A program made the translations under genes and the position numbers. Under the pieces are notes generated by a model that made no database searches, had not been told where the DNA came from, and saw nothing but the letters and a program-made list of their open reading frames with translations. This document shows positions 1 to 11,293 of a stretch of DNA of 64,000 nt, in pieces. How positions within the stretch are numbered: the first letter of the stretch is position 1; each line of letters opens with the position of its first letter. The DNA lies in NCBI GenBank assembly GCA_023475225.1, contig JAMCVK010000021.1:14132-78131 (forward strand), in the 5' to 3' direction. This DNA is from Chloroflexota bacterium. GTDB lineage: Bacteria; Chloroflexota; UBA6077; FW602-bin22; JAMCVK01.

Positions 1-259
1 TGCCCAACCGGCCTATGCCCCAACAGACTACAGCCGTCGCCTCCCAAAAGAAGTAGAAGAGAAGCAGATTGGTGGCCGTTACGGTGATAATTGCGCTGAC
101 AATGAAAAGGATCACCAGGATGAGGTAATCGATGACCCCCGGAGAACCCAGGCAGGACCAGAGGAGAAGCAGAGGCATAACAATGCACAAGCCAGCTATA
201 AACCGACTTAAATCGTCAAGGACCAACAAGCCAAATCCAGAGAAGTCAAAGGGTAGCAT
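1..259 (-). CDS. Antiporter-like proton-translocating membrane subunit (NuoN/MnhD/HyfB family), N-terminal 86 codons; gene continues past the left edge
   Basis: Edge-truncated, so absent from the ORF track. Manual minus-strand translation from ATG at 257-259 gives MLPFDFSGFGLLVLDDLSRFIAGLCIVMPLLLLWSCLG...NLLLFYFFWEATAVVCWGIGRLG. It is strongly hydrophobic, with the FFWE-type motif common in this family. The start overlaps the stop of the DUF362 gene. Confidence 0.4.
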   Translation of the reverse strand, partial: MLPFDFSGFGLLVLDDLSRFIAGLCIVMPLLLLWSCLGSPGVIDYLILVILFIVSAIITVTATNLLLFYFFWEATAVVCWGIGRLG

Positions 260-1346
260 CTTTTCCCATCCCGTAGTGGACCTCCAACCCGACCTCCTTC
301 GCTATCTCTCCGAAGGCAGAATGCGCCGGAAAGTGCCATTTGAGTTGGTGTTGGTAGGTCGGGTGGGGACGAAATCTCCGGGCGACGCGCTCGAGGCTGT
401 CCCCCAGGATCTCTATGCGCTCCAGATCACCAACCCCCAATCCAGCTAGTCGACAATAATGCAAATAGCCGATTTGATCGATATCAAAACCCATCATCTT
501 CGCCGCCACCGTATCGGCCGCCAGGAAGTCGGTGCTGGCGACAGCCACGCACAAATCAACGGCCTCACCAACCCCTGGTCCGTCTCCCTCCATACCCGTA
601 AAGCCATCAATGATGCTGAGATGAGGGGGGAATATCCTGGCCAGGAGATATAGATTGAGATTATGGACCGCATATCCCTGGTGCATCGCCACTCTATCAC
701 TACGACTAACGTTGTTCACGATAACACTCTTCAACCCTTCCAGGAGGGGCGAGTACTTGACGAAGGGTGGAACATAACGATAGGTCTGGCGCAGAAGATT
801 GCGTATCACAGCCAACGATCCCACCGGCAAGCGATGTAACAGGCTGCCCATAATCATATTTTTGAGCGAGAGGGTCACTACGACAACGTCATGCGTCTTG
901 GGAGGACAAACCGAAATGCGATAATCGCTTTCCACCACCCGCTTAGCCACCCGCAAGCGGAGAGGTTGCCAGCGGCGATCGTACACCTGTACCTCAACAC
1001 CCTCATCCTCATTGAGGTCAACGAGTTCAACACCGTACTGGCGGGACAGATCAAGATAGCCAAAGTTCTGGAAGCCTTCGTAGGCCGGGGCACCTGTTCC
1101 CTCACCGATGGTGATAGGGCCTGCATAGCGTGCACGCACAAAGTCCAGTACCGCCCGCACGGCATCCACATGGGTGGCGGCCAACTGCACTGTTGTCGAA
1201 AGGAAGTTGGGTTTGATGAAAATGCTCTTCTTATGGGACAGATCGATATCGTCGCTGATCAGCTGCAAGGCGTTCAGGGCATTCCTATAGCGATCATCGC
1301 CTTTAACCAGGGCGACCCTGCTAGTTCTTGTCGCTCCCCTACTCAT
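246..1346 (-). CDS. DUF362 domain protein
   Basis: ORF 246..1589 contains VALVKGDDRYRNALNALQLI...SIFIKPNF...THVDAVRAVLDFV, the typical DUF362 architecture. The long ORF overlaps the rhomboid gene end (1462), so the internal ATG at 1344-1346 (MSRGATRTSRVALVKGDD) is preferred. The start is uncertain. Confidence 0.7.
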   Translation of the reverse strand: MSRGATRTSRVALVKGDDRYRNALNALQLISDDIDLSHKKSIFIKPNFLSTTVQLAATHVDAVRAVLDFVRARYAGPITIGEGTGAPAYEGFQNFGYLDLSRQYGVELVDLNEDEGVEVQVYDRRWQPLRLRVAKRVVESDYRISVCPPKTHDVVVVTLSLKNMIMGSLLHRLPVGSLAVIRNLLRQTYRYVPPFVKYSPLLEGLKSVIVNNVSRSDRVAMHQGYAVHNLNLYLLARIFPPHLSIIDGFTGMEGDGPGVGEAVDLCVAVASTDFLAADTVAAKMMGFDIDQIGYLHYCRLAGLGVGDLERIEILGDSLERVARRFRPHPTYQHQLKWHFPAHSAFGEIAKEVGLEVHYGMGKDATL

Positions 1347-1461
1347 CCAGCCGACCGCCTCACCCGAACCGTCTCCAGGAGGCGAGACCGCTACCTCTTT
1401 TATGGGGTCGTTCCAATGTCCCCTTTCAATAGGGCTTTCTTCCTGAACCGCCCCTACTTTC

Positions 1462-2151
1462 CTAGCGCTGCAGACGCTGCCGAGGGAAGAATACCGACAC
1501 GACGAGCCCAGCGGCGAAGCCCCCAATATGGGCCCAATAAGCAATGCCCCCGGTCTGCTGAGCAGGAATCCCCAACGAACCGATGCCACTGAAAAACTGC
1601 AAGAGGGCCCAGAGTCCGATAAGGAAGATAGCCGGGACAGTAGTTATCGTCACAAAGAAACCCAGGAAGAGAAGCACTCGTACCCGAGCCCGCGGGAAAC
1701 GGAGGAGATAAGCCGCCAGTACACCAGCGATGGCCCCGCTGGCCCCAATGCTTGGTGTGCGCGAGTTCGCCTCAACCCAAACATAGGCTGCGGCAGCGAT
1801 AAGTCCACAAAGCAGATAGAAGATCAGGAAACCGAGATGTCCCATAGAATCTTCAACGTTATCGCCGAAGACCCAGAGATAAAGCATGTTGCCCAGAAGG
1901 TGTAGCCATCCCCCGTGGAGAAACATCGCAGTGAGAGCTGTCAGATAGATGGGGCTTGGGCTGGCAGGCGGGATGTCGATGCCTCCGGTTATTTCGTAAG
2001 GAACAAGCCCGAGGGCTCTGATAAGTCCCTCCAGATGGGGTGGGCTAAGGGAGATCTCGTAGAGAAAGACAGCTATATTGATCAGAATAATGGTTATCGT
2101 CACTAAAGGGAATCTACGTCTCACTCCCACGTAATCAGAGATCGGGATCAC
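1462..2151 (-). CDS. Rhomboid family intramembrane serine protease
   Basis: Multi-TM protein with FLHGGWLHLLGNMLYLWVFG and the catalytic GASGAIAGVLAAY motif, plus a downstream WAHIGGF histidine motif. Confidence 0.9.
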   Translation of the reverse strand: MIPISDYVGVRRRFPLVTITIILINIAVFLYEISLSPPHLEGLIRALGLVPYEITGGIDIPPASPSPIYLTALTAMFLHGGWLHLLGNMLYLWVFGDNVEDSMGHLGFLIFYLLCGLIAAAAYVWVEANSRTPSIGASGAIAGVLAAYLLRFPRARVRVLLFLGFFVTITTVPAIFLIGLWALLQFFSGIGSLGIPAQQTGGIAYWAHIGGFAAGLVVSVFFPRQRLQR

Positions 2152-2269
2152 AGTACACTCACGCTCCCTGTATCAGCGATGAGGGTCCGGCCTGATTTTA
2201 GGGGCTTAAGGCCACGGCACTACGGCGCTCGTATTCTAGTTCACCTCGATAGGCAAGTCAATCTCGTGT

Positions 2270-2335
2270 ACTCGTCCCTCACCCCCTCAGTCCCCCTCTC
2301 TCGTCCGCCTTTGGCGGACGCCCCCTTGAAGCCCG
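2270..2335. repeat. Copy of the dispersed GC-rich hairpin repeat family (module caagggggcgtccgcc-N-ggcggac, inverted)
   Basis: Hairpin cgtccgcctttggcggacg at 2302-2320. The reverse complement matches the module at 42146-42172. Confidence 0.55.
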
Positions 2336-2349
2336 TTGTTCACCCTCAA

Positions 2350-2829
2350 TCAGACGCCGCTGCTACCCCAACCCCTGTCCGATCGCTCGCTGGACGGTAG
2401 CATGGCCACCTCTACAAAATCCGGAGAGAGGAAGGGCAGGATGATCAGCTGGGCGATGCGATCCCCCCGCTTTATATGAAAAGGCCTCTGTCCCATATTA
2501 GTCAGCACCACTGAGATGAGGCCACGGTAGCCGGAATCCACCGTGCCCACATGCATAAAGAGCCCCTGAGCAGCCAATCCCGAACGGCCAGTGATCATCC
2601 CATAATACCCCTCAGGGATGGCCATAGCCATGTTCGTGGCTATCTTCTGGGTAGCTAGCGGCTCGATGACCGTCTCCTCCAGGGCGATGAGGTCGGCACC
2701 GGCATCGGTCGCGTAGGCTCGGTAATAGGCCGCCAAATGCTCATCTGCGCGTTTGAAGGCTACCTGCAACTGACTACGCCTCCTTCTGCTGGCTTTCAGG
2801 TTGTAGGCTCTTTCATAATGGCCCCCCAA
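2350..2829 (-). CDS. dut: dUTP diphosphatase
   Basis: Motifs ATDAGADL, ITGRSGLA, VGTVDSGYRGLISVVLTN, IKRGDRIAQLIILP and C-terminal SDRGWGSSG align with the five conserved trimeric dUTPase motifs. Confidence 0.85.
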   Translation of the reverse strand: MGGHYERAYNLKASRRRRSQLQVAFKRADEHLAAYYRAYATDAGADLIALEETVIEPLATQKIATNMAMAIPEGYYGMITGRSGLAAQGLFMHVGTVDSGYRGLISVVLTNMGQRPFHIKRGDRIAQLIILPFLSPDFVEVAMLPSSERSDRGWGSSGV

Positions 2830-2850
2830 ATCCGCCTTCGGCGGACTCTA
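2822..2850. repeat. Copy of the dispersed hairpin repeat family (module ccccaaatccgccttcggcgg)
   Basis: ccccaaatccgccttcggcgga is shared with 59217-59240. Hairpin tccgccttcggcgga at 2831-2845. Confidence 0.5.
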
Positions 2851-2859
2851 CACTCCCCA

Positions 2860-3579
2860 TCATGAAAGCCCCTGGGTCGTGAGGATATCGACAATCTTAC
2901 GTTGTAACTGAGGGTCTATCTTCTTTTGATCTTGTGGCCGGCGCACAAGCCCCCTTAACTCCTTTGGTGTCACCGCTGGGATCTGGGGCTCCACTACCTC
3001 TAGCTTGGCTCGCGGGCTCATAAAGACGACTATGCTCTTGATCTGCACCTGCTCCATCTCCTCTTCGCTCAATCGCTGAGCAAGGTACCGACGAACAGCC
3101 TCCTCATTCCGTCGCGCTTCCAGCGTAGGATTGCCCAGCCCACCCTCCGCGAGCCCATCAGTGAACCAACTCCAGATGCTCCTCTTGTGGCGCCACTCAC
3201 CCCCCCGCAGGCTGATCTGGCCATAGTGTTGCTTGGGGTCAATGATGAAGAGTCCGATGGGGGAGAGAAGTAAATGCCTGACCGGTAACTGGGGTAAATA
3301 GTTCAGCAGATGATACTTGTGGTCCAGTCCTTTAAGGGCGTTGGCTATGACCTCGTCCTCGCGCGGCTTTACCCCCCAGCGGATGAAGTTGTAGCGCCCG
3401 ATGCTGAAGATGTAGAGTCCGGCGATCAAGGCGGCATAGGCGTAATAGATCGAATACGGCCCGGCTATATTAAGCGACAGCGCGAAGCCACCAAGGAAGA
3501 GGGCGAACCCAAGCAGGGTGCTAAGCCGGCCAATAGTCGCCCTCCTGCGGACGAATTGCTGATCCGTTACTATTTGCAC
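2860..3579 (-). CDS. Membrane-anchored NERD (nuclease-related) domain protein
   Basis: Two N-terminal TM helices, then GEDEVIANALKGLDHKYHLLNYL...VRHLLLSPIGLFIIDPKQHYGQISLRGGEW, which matches the NERD pattern. Confidence 0.6.
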   Translation of the reverse strand: MQIVTDQQFVRRRATIGRLSTLLGFALFLGGFALSLNIAGPYSIYYAYAALIAGLYIFSIGRYNFIRWGVKPREDEVIANALKGLDHKYHLLNYLPQLPVRHLLLSPIGLFIIDPKQHYGQISLRGGEWRHKRSIWSWFTDGLAEGGLGNPTLEARRNEEAVRRYLAQRLSEEEMEQVQIKSIVVFMSPRAKLEVVEPQIPAVTPKELRGLVRRPQDQKKIDPQLQRKIVDILTTQGLS

Positions 3580-3583
3580 CAGG

Positions 3584-4891
3584 CTATCCCTCGTAGCGGC
3601 GAAAGATCAGGCAGGCGTTATGGCCACCAAAGGCGAAGGAGTTAGACAGCGCCACCTTCACCTCGGCTGGCCGTCCCACGTTGGGTACATAATCGAGATC
3701 GCATTTCTCATCCAGGGTTTCGTAATTGATGGTGGGATGGATAAATCCATCACGAATCGTCAGGATACAGGCGATGGCTTCCAGAGCGCCGGCGGCCCCT
3801 ATGGTATGTCCGATCATCGATTTGGTGGAGCTGATGGGCAGACGGTAGGCATACTCGCCAAAGACCTTCTTGATGGCCAGCGTCTCTGCGGCGTCGTTAA
3901 GTTGAGTGGAGGTGCCATGGGCATTGATATAGTCAACATCGGTTGGTTCCAGGCGAGCATCAGCCAGAGCGCGTTGCATCACCTGCACTGCTCCCTGCCC
4001 CTCTGGCTCTGGGGCCACCACGTGATAGGCATCCAACGAACTGGCATAGCCGACGATCTCAGCCAGGATGGGGGCTCTCCGCTCCAGGGCGTGTTCCAGA
4101 CGCTCTAATAAGAGGACGCCTGCCCCCTCGGCCGGGACAAAGCCATCGCGGTGCAGGTCGAACGGTCGGCTGGCCTTGGTCGGTTCATCATTGCGTGTGC
4201 TCAAGGCGCGGATGACACAGAAGCTGGCGAAACCAAGTTCGCAGAGCGAGGCCTCGCTGCCCCCAGCGATCACCACCTCGGCCGCTCCACGTCGGATGGC
4301 TTCGACGGCATCACCGATGGCTTGGGCACTGCTGGCACAGGCGGTCACGACTGTGGAGTTATAGCCCTTGGCTCCGAAGATACGACTGATCTGGCCAGCC
4401 CCCATATTGGCAAGCATCATCGGTAGGAAGAAGGGATTTATCCGCATGCCACCTCGTTCGAGCAGCACGCGGTACTCCTGCTCCATGGTGTTGAGACTGC
4501 CAATGCCCGTGCCGATCACTACCCCTACGTCAGGAGCATTGGACGCGTTGATCTCGAAGTGCCCGCTCTCGAGGGCCATTTGCGTAGCAGCCACAGCGAA
4601 ATGAATGAAGCGCGACATTCTTCTGGCTTCCCTGGGTTCCAGCCAGCGCTGGGGATCAAAGTCCTTCACTTCGGCGGCGATGTGTGTCGGGTAGGCTGAG
4701 GCATCGAAATGTGTCACCAGGCCAACGCCGGAGATGCCACGCCTCAAGCCGTACCAGTACTCTTCCACGTTGAGCCCCAACGGGGTTATCGCCCCCAAAC
4801 CAGTGACGACGACTCGATGATAGGGACGCATCGGTTGTATCTGTTCCCTCCGTCTGGTTTCCACTTCCAATAAGGCACCGGCCACGGCCAT
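3584..4891 (-). CDS. fabF: 3-oxoacyl-ACP synthase II
   Basis: RVVVTGLGAITPLG N-terminus, active-site ACASS, HGTSTxLND and GHxxGAAG motifs. ATG at 4889-4891 is preceded by AAGGAGA with a 5-nt spacer. Confidence 0.95.
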   Translation of the reverse strand: MAVAGALLEVETRRREQIQPMRPYHRVVVTGLGAITPLGLNVEEYWYGLRRGISGVGLVTHFDASAYPTHIAAEVKDFDPQRWLEPREARRMSRFIHFAVAATQMALESGHFEINASNAPDVGVVIGTGIGSLNTMEQEYRVLLERGGMRINPFFLPMMLANMGAGQISRIFGAKGYNSTVVTACASSAQAIGDAVEAIRRGAAEVVIAGGSEASLCELGFASFCVIRALSTRNDEPTKASRPFDLHRDGFVPAEGAGVLLLERLEHALERRAPILAEIVGYASSLDAYHVVAPEPEGQGAVQVMQRALADARLEPTDVDYINAHGTSTQLNDAAETLAIKKVFGEYAYRLPISSTKSMIGHTIGAAGALEAIACILTIRDGFIHPTINYETLDEKCDLDYVPNVGRPAEVKVALSNSFAFGGHNACLIFRRYEG

Positions 4892-4903
4892 CAAATTCTC
4901 CTT

Positions 4904-5896
4904 TTACCCAGTAATCGGACTGCTTTGTCTCGCTCCCCTGGCGATCGCCTCTATGATATTCTGCTCTGCTGTCTGCCTGGCCAGGCGAAGGGCATTCTTA
5001 ATGGCCTTGGCCCGGCTGCGGCCGTGGGCGATGATCACTGTCCCATTCACACCGAGTAGCGGTGCCCCGCCGTATTCAGCATAGTCCAGGCGTTGCTTCA
5101 GTCTCTTGAAGGCGGGCAGCAGAATGAGAGCGGCCAACCGGGAGATGATACTCTTAGAGAGCTCCTCTCGGATGAGGTCGAACAACACTTCAGCCAAACC
5201 TTCGCTGAGCTTGAGCACGATATTGCCAGTGAAGCCATCACTCACCACTACATCGGCCATGCCTAAGGGGATGTGTTGTCCCTCAACATTGCCGATAAAA
5301 TGGGGGTCGCTACCCTTGAGCATCCGGTGGGTTTCGCGCACCAGCTGATCGCCTTTGCCTTCTTCCTCCCCGTTGCTCAGTAGAGCAACGCGAGGGTTGG
5401 ACACACCGAAAATCCTTTCGGTGTAGATGCTCCCCATCAGGGCAAATTGAACCAGATGGGTTGGTTTACAGTCAACATTTGCCCCGATATCAATGAGCAG
5501 ACACCTATCCTTAATCGTGGGATAGATTGTGCTCAGGGCCGGTCGTTCGATGCTTGGGATCCTTCCCAAGATGAAGAGGGCTGTGGCCATCACTGCCCCA
5601 GTGTTGCCGGCCGAGACGAAGGCGGCTGCTTCCCCTTCCTTTACCAGCTGGAGTCCAACGGCCAGGGAGGAATCTCTTTTGTGACGTACGGCGATGGCCG
5701 CAGGCTCATCCATCCTCACCACCTCTGGGGCATGGACGAGGGAGATTCCTTCCATGGCGACGAGGTGAGGACGAACAGCCTCCTGCTGCCCAACCAGGAT
5801 GGATTCTATCCCATATTCCTTGACGGCCTCCATAGCCCCTTTGACGATCTCCGCCGGGGCGTAATCACCGCCCATCACGTCCAAAGCTATTTTCAT
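4904..5896 (-). CDS. plsX: Phosphate acyltransferase PlsX
   Basis: MKIALDVMGGDYAP N-terminus and full-length PlsX-like sequence. The longer ORF to 5935 adds only a basic leader. Confidence 0.93.
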   Translation of the reverse strand: MKIALDVMGGDYAPAEIVKGAMEAVKEYGIESILVGQQEAVRPHLVAMEGISLVHAPEVVRMDEPAAIAVRHKRDSSLAVGLQLVKEGEAAAFVSAGNTGAVMATALFILGRIPSIERPALSTIYPTIKDRCLLIDIGANVDCKPTHLVQFALMGSIYTERIFGVSNPRVALLSNGEEEGKGDQLVRETHRMLKGSDPHFIGNVEGQHIPLGMADVVVSDGFTGNIVLKLSEGLAEVLFDLIREELSKSIISRLAALILLPAFKRLKQRLDYAEYGGAPLLGVNGTVIIAHGRSRAKAIKNALRLARQTAEQNIIEAIARGARQSSPITG

Positions 5897-5960
5897 CTCC
5901 TGACCTCTCGGGCGAGTCCGCCTCCGGCGGATCAAGCACTACACTTATAAATAACACCAC

Positions 5961-7904
<1,944 letters not shown>

Positions 7905-7929
7905 CTAAGGGGATGCATGTTGGTGATTC

Positions 7930-8895
7930 CTAAACCTGCGCTGCGCGACTCTGATAGAAGAACATGCTGGCTGCTGTCAGCCCGGCAGCGATATAGGCAC
8001 TCCCTACCAGAGCGATGAGCGCCCCCAGCAGATGCTGGCTGATCGCTTCCCAGACCACCTGCATGCCCAAAGTGATGAGCACAGTCAAACCAACGAGCAC
8101 AAGGGCAGGCCATAGATTAGTGCTGACCACCCGTATGCTATTACCTAAGGCGCGCAGGGGTCCTACCTCACTGATGACGATAGCATCGACAGTAAAGAAA
8201 AGGTAGACACCGAGTACGGTCAGGGGTACCGATAGCAACAATCCGCTTAAGACGGGCAAAAACAGGTTGATCAGGGCGATGAAAAGGAGATAGGGCACAC
8301 CGATCACGATGCCTCCGAGCAAGAGGACGCCGATCAACCCCACCAGGCTGATCCAGCAACGCCAGGCTTGGGACCAGAGCAGGGTCAGGTCTATCTGACC
8401 ATCACGCACCTGCTGCCCGATCAGCGCAAGATAGAGGCAGCTGATGAAAAGCCCACTGGCGCTTAGAAGCAAGACCGTGATAAAGAGGATGAATGTTCTC
8501 TCTATCTCCAGAGTTGGCGGCGTGATGATGGTTATGTTTGGTACAAAGCTGGGAATAGCCGCGATATTGAACACTAGCAGTCCCAGGAGGTTGAACTTCT
8601 CTGCGGCTGCTTCCAAAGCGGGCTGCAACTGGTTGAACTGTTTAATGATCTCCTCGGCTATCGCCGCCGGCGTACGACCCTCTTTCAAATACAAAGGTAG
8701 GGATGCTGCATACCAGGCCAGGGCCTTGTTCACCAGAGGCGCAGCCGATAAGCGTGGGCCAAGCCATAGTAAGACATCCAAGGCCAGGGAGAACAACAAG
8801 ACCCAAAGTATGCGGTTGATGCGTTCAAAACCGGACCCGATGGTGTCAATCACCCCGGGCGTGTTACGCTCTGCTCTTCTCATCTCAATCACCAT
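7930..8895 (-). CDS. Polytopic membrane protein of unknown function
   Basis: 321-aa ORF with about 7 hydrophobic segments and no recognisable catalytic motif. Confidence 0.55.
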   Translation of the reverse strand: MVIEMRRAERNTPGVIDTIGSGFERINRILWVLLFSLALDVLLWLGPRLSAAPLVNKALAWYAASLPLYLKEGRTPAAIAEEIIKQFNQLQPALEAAAEKFNLLGLLVFNIAAIPSFVPNITIITPPTLEIERTFILFITVLLLSASGLFISCLYLALIGQQVRDGQIDLTLLWSQAWRCWISLVGLIGVLLLGGIVIGVPYLLFIALINLFLPVLSGLLLSVPLTVLGVYLFFTVDAIVISEVGPLRALGNSIRVVSTNLWPALVLVGLTVLITLGMQVVWEAISQHLLGALIALVGSAYIAAGLTAASMFFYQSRAAQV

Positions 8896-9029
8896 TCATT
8901 ATTTAGGGCTATTTTAGCACAAAACTGGCTGAGTTGGGGAGTACAGGTAGCCTGGCTAACCCTGGTTACCGTTTCGGTCGGTTCATGGTAACATACGAGT
9001 CGTGACATACTCAGCAGCGCAGGGAGACG

Positions 9030-9470
9030 TTTGGGGGTTCCAAGGGGGCGCAGCTCACCGCAGGGAGTGAAGTGAGATGCAGCCCAGGTTCAATCCCCCT
9101 TCTCTCAGGGGGTAGTTCAGAAGGGGGGTAATCCCCTACAGGGGATCAGAGATCCGCCCCGGCTATCATCTCCCATCTCCTGCTTGGCAGGAGATGGACG
9201 GGGGTGAGGGCAGTCTCACTGCTGGGGGGGATCTAGGGCTCTGCCCTAGATCCTCTCCTCCCGGCCTGAATGGGGAGCCCTAGTAGGGGCGAGGTCACCT
9301 CGCCCCTACTTTCGCAAAGCCCTCGCCCCTATTTTCGCAAAGCGGGAGAGGGGGATTAAGGGGGTGAGGGTGCCCCAGAACATAAAAAGCCCGCAGGGCT
9401 ACCTTGAATCCCCTCTGGGCCTGCCCGCCGCAGGCGGGGGTTTGGGGGGAGCCATTCAACACTCTAAGGG
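9030..9470. repeat. Large composite copy of the dispersed GC-rich mosaic hairpin repeat family
   Basis: A string of short perfect palindromes: catctcctgc-ttg-gcaggagatg (9174-9196), ctagggc-tct-gccctag, taggggcgaggt-c-acctcgccccta (9284-9308), cccgcc-gca-ggcggg. About 100 nt (9279-9402) is nearly identical to the reverse complement of 59240-59345. Confidence 0.8.
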
Positions 9471-9477
9471 GAATCTG

Positions 9478-11001
9478 ATGAGAGGTTCGTTGTCCCGCTT
9501 GACCGAGGGCGAAAGCCATAAATGGTGGGCTCTGGGAACAGTGGCCATCGGCATCTTTATGGCTTCCCTTGATGGCAGCATCGTCAATATCGGTCTGCCG
9601 ACGATAATGCGTTTCTTCCGTACCGATTTACCCACCATCGAGTGGGTAGTGATGGCCTACCTGTTTACCATCAGTGTACTCCTTCTTCCCTTTGGGCGCC
9701 TGGCGGACATGGTGGGGCGCAAGAGGGTATACACCGCCGGATTCATCGTCTTCACCAGCGGTTCTGCCCTCTGCGGGGCAGCCCAAAGTCCGTGGCAGCT
9801 CATCCTCTTTCGGGTGCTTCAGGCCATCGGTGCCTCGATGCTTATGGCCAACGGCATGGCCATTACCACAGCCGTCTTCCCCTCGCGGGAACGAGGCAAG
9901 GCCCTGGGCATCAACGCTACCATCGTGGCCACCGGAGCCACGGTGGGACCGACGCTGGGTGGACTGCTCATCGGCTGGTTGGGGTGGCGTTCCATCTTCT
10001 ACGTTAACGTGCCCGTTGGGGTCATCGGTACGGTGATGGCTCTCCTGATGCTGAGCGAGGAGCGCATCTCAGTCTTGAGTGGACGGCCAAGGTTAGCCTT
10101 CGACCTGCTAGGGGCATTGACCGTAGCTGTGTCTGTGTTGGCCTTGCTCGTGGCCCTTACCAACAGCCAGGACAGCGGCTGGGGATCACCCTCTGTTTCG
10201 TTCTTACTCGTCATGTTTTTTGTCTTCCTCGTGGCTTTTCTGGTCATTGAGAGGCATGTTCAGCACCCTATGGTTGATCTGAGTCTTTTCCGCAGTCGCT
10301 TCTTCGCTGCCGGTAATGCGGCAGCCTGCCTCTCTTACCTAGCCATCTCTGCCAATATGTTCTTAATGCCTTTCTTCCTGCAATTGGTCTTGGGCTACAC
10401 CCCAGTCCAGGCTGGCGTTCTGCTGACACCGGTATCCCTGGTGATCGCCGTGGTGGCACCGCTAAGCGGTTGGCTCTCCGATCGACTCGGGGCGCGTCTC
10501 CTCTCATCGCTAGGGCTGGCCATTAACTGCTTAGCCCTCTTCTCGCTGAGTCAGCTGAGCATCAGCTCCGGATATGGGGATGTCCTGGCCCGCCTGACGC
10601 TCTTAGGGTTGGGGCAGGGTATGTTCCAATCGCCCAACAACAGCGCCGTGATGGGCAGTGTTCCTCGGGAGCGCTACGGTCTTGCCTCCGGCTTCCTCTC
10701 CATGATGCGCAACCTGGGGATGGTCGGCGGCGTGGCCGTGAGCGGTACTATCCTGGCCAGCGGCATGTCCTCCATTGTCGGGCACGCCACCCTGCATGAT
10801 CTGCCGGCGGCGACGGGACAGGGAGGGAATGCCCTACTGCTTACGGCCTTTATGAGAGGCTTTCAGCTCGCCTACAGCGCGGCGGCCGCCATTGCGGCCA
10901 TAGGCATTGCCGCCTCGCTGGTGCGAGGGAGAAGGGTACAGGAAGCAGCCAAGGCTCCATCCGACGAATCCCTTGCTCTGCTATCCCGGCGGGATGAGTG
11001 A
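9478..11001 (+). CDS. MFS transporter, DHA2 (EmrB/QacA-like, about 14 TM) drug/H+ antiporter family
   Basis: WWALGTVAIGIFMASLDGSIVNIGLPTI, GRLADMVGRKRVY and many TM segments. The ORF 5' extension (9364-9477) lies inside the repeat element, so ATG 9478 is preferred. Confidence 0.85.
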   Translation: MRGSLSRLTEGESHKWWALGTVAIGIFMASLDGSIVNIGLPTIMRFFRTDLPTIEWVVMAYLFTISVLLLPFGRLADMVGRKRVYTAGFIVFTSGSALCGAAQSPWQLILFRVLQAIGASMLMANGMAITTAVFPSRERGKALGINATIVATGATVGPTLGGLLIGWLGWRSIFYVNVPVGVIGTVMALLMLSEERISVLSGRPRLAFDLLGALTVAVSVLALLVALTNSQDSGWGSPSVSFLLVMFFVFLVAFLVIERHVQHPMVDLSLFRSRFFAAGNAAACLSYLAISANMFLMPFFLQLVLGYTPVQAGVLLTPVSLVIAVVAPLSGWLSDRLGARLLSSLGLAINCLALFSLSQLSISSGYGDVLARLTLLGLGQGMFQSPNNSAVMGSVPRERYGLASGFLSMMRNLGMVGGVAVSGTILASGMSSIVGHATLHDLPAATGQGGNALLLTAFMRGFQLAYSAAAAIAAIGIAASLVRGRRVQEAAKAPSDESLALLSRRDE

Positions 11002-11074
11002 TGTTTGTGCAACTGATCCTCACCTATGTCATAAAGGAGCTGTGCTATAATGGTGCTGTCTCCAAAGGAGTAGT

Positions 11075-11275
11075 CTAGGAAGGGGTAACCCCCTTCTGGG
11101 AGGGTTCTAGGGCTCCGCCCCGGTTCCTCTCTTCCCGGACTGAATGGGGGAGTGCCGAGGGGCGAAGCCCTTCGGCTGGGGTTTGGGGTATTCCCAAACC
11201 CACCTCCCCCCTTCTCCCAGAGGGAGAAGGGGGGCAAGGGGGGATGAGGGCATCCAAACGAGGGTTCTAGGGCTT
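11075..11275. repeat. Copy of the dispersed GC-rich mosaic hairpin repeat family
   Basis: Shares modules with 9030-9470 and 59217-59479: gaaggggtaacccccttc, ctagggctccgccc, cccggactgaatggggg. Sits immediately upstream of galE. Confidence 0.7.
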
Positions 11276-11293
11276 TCTGGAGGAGGTTCGATC

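Noticed and set aside
891-1592. Long ORFs antisense to confidently assigned genes. Examples: 891..1592(+), 6471..7262(+), 25756..26307(+), 35262..35804(+), 49603..50454(-), 52591..53166(-), 19867..20367(+), 14549..15087(-).
   Set aside because: Each lies entirely opposite a gene with strong family motifs (DUF362, gyrB, hsdM, the Mo-enzyme, porB/fprA, the methyltransferase, hsdR, the cyclase). Their translations are low-complexity, Arg/Pro/Gly-rich or otherwise featureless. This is typical of shadow ORFs in GC-rich DNA.
9030-9470. Possible CRISPR array suggested by many short repeated palindromes.
   Set aside because: There is no constant repeat unit and no regular repeat-spacer periodicity. 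The modules differ in sequence and length, no cas genes are in the window, and the same modules are scattered singly elsewhere.
9364-9477. N-terminal extensions of ORFs 9364..11001, 11144..12271 and 58852..59244.
   Set aside because: The extensions are translations of the intergenic hairpin repeat elements (Gly/Pro/Arg-rich, shared between unrelated genes). Better starts with RBS-like sequences exist at 9478, 11294 and 59187.
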